Of a stretch of DNA of 52,520 nt, positions 49,158 through 52,520 are shown in pieces. This DNA comes from Pseudorhodobacter antarcticus. GTDB lineage: Bacteria > Pseudomonadota > Alphaproteobacteria > Rhodobacterales > Rhodobacteraceae. Position 1 is the stretch's first letter; every line of letters begins with the position of its first letter. The DNA is taken from contig CAMBWO010000001.1 of assembly GCA_945871285.1 (NCBI GenBank), positions 1 through 52,520 on the forward strand, given 5' to 3'. The notes under the pieces are model-generated. The model was not told the DNA's origin, searched no databases, and saw only the letters and a program-made list of their open reading frames with translations. Position numbers and translations under genes: made by a program.

Positions 49158-50060
49158 ATGCGCCTTTTTGCAACCACCGCCCTCGTCGCCCTGACCGCCC
49201 TTCCGGCAATCGCCCAAGACTGGAAGGCCGATTACCGCATCGTCCGTTTCGGCATCCTGTCGGGCGAGAACGAATCCGACCGCGTCGCCCGCTACACTCC
49301 GTTTCAGGAATATCTGGAAAAGACGCTGGGCGTTGAGGTCGAGATTTTCACCGCCGGAAACTATGACGGCGTGATCCAGGCGCTGGCCGCCGGACAGATC
49401 GAGTTTTCCTTTCTCGGCTCGTCCGCCTATGCCGCCGCCTATACCGAAACCGACGGCGGCGTCGTCCCGTTGCTGACCTCGGTTCAGGACGACGATTCGA
49501 CCGGATATTATTCTGTGATCGTGGTGCGCTGTGATTCCGGCCTGAAGACCATCGACGATCTGAAGGGCAAGACCCTTGCCTTCGCCGACCCCGACAGCAC
49601 CTCGGGCTACAACGTCCCCTACTACAACCTGGTCCAGCAAGGCTATCAGCCCGAGGAATTCTTTGCGGCCATCCCGTTCTCAGGCAGCCACGAAGCCGGG
49701 GTTGCAGGTGTGGTCAACGGCCAGTTCGAGGCCGCCGCGACCTATATCAACAACGAAAAGAGCGGCATCCCGCAGCGAATGGTGACCAAGGGCATGATCA
49801 AGGAAGGCGAGGCCTGCGTGATCTGGACCAGCCCGGAAATCACCTCGGGCCCCTTCACCGCACGCGCCAACCTTCCGCAAGGTCTGATCGACGAGATGAC
49901 GGCGGCTGTCCTCGCCACGCCCACCGCCGCGCCCGAGGCCTTCAAGGAAATGTCCGGGGCGGACGACTCGACCGCAAAGGGCTATGTCGCGGTGAATCAC
50001 GACCGTTATCAGTGGATTGTCGACATGCGCGCCTGGTTCAAGGCAAACCGCAAGGGCTGA
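49158..50060 (+). CDS. phnD: PhnD phosphonate ABC substrate-binding protein
   Basis: Signal peptide; NYDGVIQ, GYYS, ADPDSTSGY and FSGSHE motifs. Confidence 0.92.
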   Translation: MRLFATTALVALTALPAIAQDWKADYRIVRFGILSGENESDRVARYTPFQEYLEKTLGVEVEIFTAGNYDGVIQALAAGQIEFSFLGSSAYAAAYTETDGGVVPLLTSVQDDDSTGYYSVIVVRCDSGLKTIDDLKGKTLAFADPDSTSGYNVPYYNLVQQGYQPEEFFAAIPFSGSHEAGVAGVVNGQFEAAATYINNEKSGIPQRMVTKGMIKEGEACVIWTSPEITSGPFTARANLPQGLIDEMTAAVLATPTAAPEAFKEMSGADDSTAKGYVAVNHDRYQWIVDMRAWFKANRKG

Positions 50061-50079
50061 TCCTTGATCCAACGCGATA

Positions 50080-50104
50080 AGGGCGGGCCAACTTGGCCCG
50101 CCCT
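50080..50104 (+). terminator. Stem-loop after phnD (mRNA stabiliser)
   Basis: AGGGCGGGCCA-act-TGGCCCGCCCT, an 11-bp stem. Confidence 0.55.
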
Positions 50105-50124
50105 GGCCCAGCCGGGAATACCAG

Positions 50125-51027
50125 ATGTCCACAGCCATCCTTGCCTTTGAACGCGATTACGCCGTCCAACGCCGTCATGCCCGCCTGACCTTTGCCGCCG
50201 TGACGGGGGTGATGGTCGTGCTGTTCTTGCTGACGGCAGAGGCGTCGAACTTCTTCAAGATCACACAAGTCACCCTGGCCGACGGAACCCGCGCCGAGCG
50301 TTGGGTGATCGGTGCCGGCCTGCCGCGCCTTGGCGAATACATCACCAAGACAATCCCGCAGTTGCGCTGGGCGACCCTGGGCCACGACCTCGCCGTCTGG
50401 TTCTCACGTTGGGAAGTCTGGGCGCAACTGCTGTTGGAAACCGTGCTGATTGCCTTCATGGCGACGGTCTTGGGTGTGATCGGCGGGTTCATCCTGTCGT
50501 TTCCCGCCGCGCGCAACCTTGCACCCAACCGCTGGATATTCTGGCTGTGCCGTCGCTACCTTGAAATCGCCCGCACGGTGCCAGAGCTGATCTTTGCGCT
50601 GATCTTTGTCTTCTGCTTTGGCGTCGGACCGCTGGCCGGGGTGCTGGCCATTGGGCTGCATACGGCAGGCTCGCTGGGCAAGCTGTATTCCGAGGCCAAT
50701 GAAAACATCGACATGCGACCACTGGACGGGGTCAAGGCGGCCGGTGGGTCATGGTTTGACATGGTCCGCTATGGGGCCGTGCCGCAGGTGCTGCCCAATG
50801 TCCTCAGCTATACCCTGCTGCGCTTCGAAATCAACGTGCGGGCATCGTCCATCATCGGCTATGTCGGCGCGGGTGGGCTGGGCCAAGAGTTCCGCACCGC
50901 CATGTCCTATCAGGACTACACCGATCTTTCGGCCTTGTTCGTCATCATTCTGGTGACTGTGACGGTGATCGACCGTCTGTCCGAAATGCTGCGCCACCGC
51001 GTCATCGGATTGGAGGAACGGGCATGA
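50125..51027 (+). CDS. phnE: PhnE phosphonate ABC permease 1
   Basis: RTVPEL, GKLYSEANE and RFEINVRASSIIG.VGAGG motifs. Confidence 0.92.
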   Translation: MSTAILAFERDYAVQRRHARLTFAAVTGVMVVLFLLTAEASNFFKITQVTLADGTRAERWVIGAGLPRLGEYITKTIPQLRWATLGHDLAVWFSRWEVWAQLLLETVLIAFMATVLGVIGGFILSFPAARNLAPNRWIFWLCRRYLEIARTVPELIFALIFVFCFGVGPLAGVLAIGLHTAGSLGKLYSEANENIDMRPLDGVKAAGGSWFDMVRYGAVPQVLPNVLSYTLLRFEINVRASSIIGYVGAGGLGQEFRTAMSYQDYTDLSALFVIILVTVTVIDRLSEMLRHRVIGLEERA

Positions 51028-51890
51028 CACCTCACATCGTCACCACAACTGAAATCGCCTTGGCCCGCGCGGCCCACCCCCTGGCCTTTCGGGCCCCCCT
51101 GTCCGTGCGTGTGCGCCGGGCCGCCGTCCTGACCGGCCTGGTGCTGCTGTTTTGCTGGTGCCTTTACGATTTCAATTTCTCGCCCGCCCGCATCTGGGAA
51201 GGGCTGGGCCGCCTCGGCCGGGTGCTGTCCTTCATGTTTCCGCCGCATATCTGGACCGAATGGCGCGAATTCGCCGAGATCCTGAAAGGTCTGGGCGAAA
51301 CCCTGTCGATGGCCTTTCTGGGCACGCTGCTTGGCGCGATCATTGCCTTTCCGCTGTCGTTTCTGGGGGCCCGGAACATCAACCGCCTGCCCATCTTTCG
51401 CTTTGCGGTGCGGCGCGGGTTCGACTTTATCCGCGCCTTTGAAACCTTGATCCTTGCGCTGATCTTCATCCGCGCGTTCGGCCTTGGGCCGCTGGCCGGG
51501 GTGCTGGCCATCGCAGTCGGTGAAATCGGCGTCCTGGCCAAGCTTTATGCCGAGGCGATCGAGAACACGTCCAACAAACCGGTGGACGGCGTGGTCGCAT
51601 CCGGTGGCAGCCGCACCCAATCCATCCGCTTTGCGGTGATGCCGCAGGTCGTGCCGGTCTTGTTGTCGATCACGCTTTACAACTTCGAATCCAATGTCCG
51701 CTCCGGAACCATTCTGGGCATCGTCGGTGCGGGGGGCATTGGCTTCCTGCTGGCCGACCGGATCGGCGCCTACCGCTGGGACGAAGCCTGGTCGATCATC
51801 TTCCTGATCATCGCGATGGTCTATCTGATCGACTGGCTCTCTGGCCGGGTTCGCGCGCGTTTCATCGGAACATGGGAGGGAACCAGATAA
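51024..51890 (+). CDS. phnE: PhnE phosphonate ABC permease 2
   Basis: GLGPLAG, KLYAEAIE and FESNVRSGTILGIVGAGGIG motifs. Confidence 0.92.
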   Translation: MTPHIVTTTEIALARAAHPLAFRAPLSVRVRRAAVLTGLVLLFCWCLYDFNFSPARIWEGLGRLGRVLSFMFPPHIWTEWREFAEILKGLGETLSMAFLGTLLGAIIAFPLSFLGARNINRLPIFRFAVRRGFDFIRAFETLILALIFIRAFGLGPLAGVLAIAVGEIGVLAKLYAEAIENTSNKPVDGVVASGGSRTQSIRFAVMPQVVPVLLSITLYNFESNVRSGTILGIVGAGGIGFLLADRIGAYRWDEAWSIIFLIIAMVYLIDWLSGRVRARFIGTWEGTR

Positions 51891-52520
51891 TGACCTATGC
51901 CGTCGAAATCGTCGTGCCGGGAACTGAGGGTCCGGTCTTTGCCCCAGCGGGCGTGTCCTCTCCGGCGTCTGTCTGCAGTGGCTGCACCGTGACGGGGGGC
52001 CGGGTAGAGCGACTGAGTGAAGCGACTTCTGGTCAAGAAGTGCTGCTGGTGGCGCCCGAGGGGGCCGAAGTGACCTTTCGTTATGACTATTCCGGCCAAC
52101 CCGGCACCTATCCCGAGGCGATATTCCATCCCGTCCCGTCACGCTATACCCGCGCAGCCCCTGCCCTGGAGGAGGAGGCGCGCCAGATTGCCGGAACTGG
52201 TGACGATCTTGCCCGCGCCCTCCGCATCGCCCGCGCCACGGCTGAACGGTTTGACTATGGCCACCCAGAGCGGAAATTCACGGACGGCTTCGACCATGTT
52301 CCGCATCTGACCTGCCGCCTGACCGAAGGCTCCTGCGTCGACATCCACACCTACTTTCTTGCCTCGCTCCGCGCAGCCGGGATCGAGGCGGGCTATGTCG
52401 TCGGCTATTTCTTCCCCGAGGTCGGCGACTGCACCAGCGGGCATTGCTGGGCAGTCACCCGCATCGGCGGGCAGACGCAGGAATGGGACATCTCGCATTT
52501 CCTGCAAATCGGACGGCGCG
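51890..52520 (+). CDS. Transglutaminase-like domain protein (partial, runs off window; absent from the ORF track)
   Basis: ATG 51890 overlaps the phnE stop (TAATG); open to the window end; GSCVDIH, SGHCW and EWD supply a Cys-His-Asp triad; LRAAGIEAGYVVGY. Confidence 0.85.
   Translation, partial: MTYAVEIVVPGTEGPVFAPAGVSSPASVCSGCTVTGGRVERLSEATSGQEVLLVAPEGAEVTFRYDYSGQPGTYPEAIFHPVPSRYTRAAPALEEEARQIAGTGDDLARALRIARATAERFDYGHPERKFTDGFDHVPHLTCRLTEGSCVDIHTYFLASLRAAGIEAGYVVGYFFPEVGDCTSGHCWAVTRIGGQTQEWDISHFLQIGRR

Noticed and set aside
1-52520. CRISPR arrays, tRNA/rRNA genes, IS elements, integrases
   Set aside because: No regularly spaced repeats, structural RNA signatures or transposase/integrase motifs were seen by eye; a covariance-model search was not possible.

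Overview
High-GC alphaproteobacterial (Rhodobacteraceae-like) DNA with five blocks. (1) 1-10.4 kb: a sox thiosulfate-oxidation cluster, soxY(3' end)ZABCDEFGH, plus a convergent YeeE/YedE sulfur transporter. (2) 10.6-15.6 kb: decaying genes, namely a deletion-fused permease/RpiR pair and an OsmF/Yeh osmoprotectant ABC operon with two amber stops and an internal deletion. (3) 15.9-27.1 kb: an intact catabolic island for an unknown sugar- or polyol-like substrate (VOC enzyme, two MDR dehydrogenases, sugar ABC transporter, aldo-keto reductase, MaoC, acyl-CoA dehydrogenase) with a TetR gene and four copies of a GTAACCA-N2-TGGTTAC-like palindrome. (4) 27.1-36.1 kb: a mosaic of gene remnants, then an SLC13 permease and a TetR-regulated ABC efflux operon. 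(5) 36.3-52.5 kb: a large phosphonate-type locus (phnFGHIJKLM; a convergent phnD-C-E / methyltransferase / second phnM / TIM-barrel operon; a divergent phnCDEE-transglutaminase operon). The most striking signal is that this PhnJ is full length and in frame but lacks two of the three [4Fe-4S] cysteines and the catalytic cysteine of canonical C-P lyase, so the locus may encode a non-radical, C-P-lyase-like system with a different substrate. All family assignments come from motif recognition and remembered reference sequences; no database searches were run. No rRNA, tRNA, CRISPR array or intact mobile element was seen.
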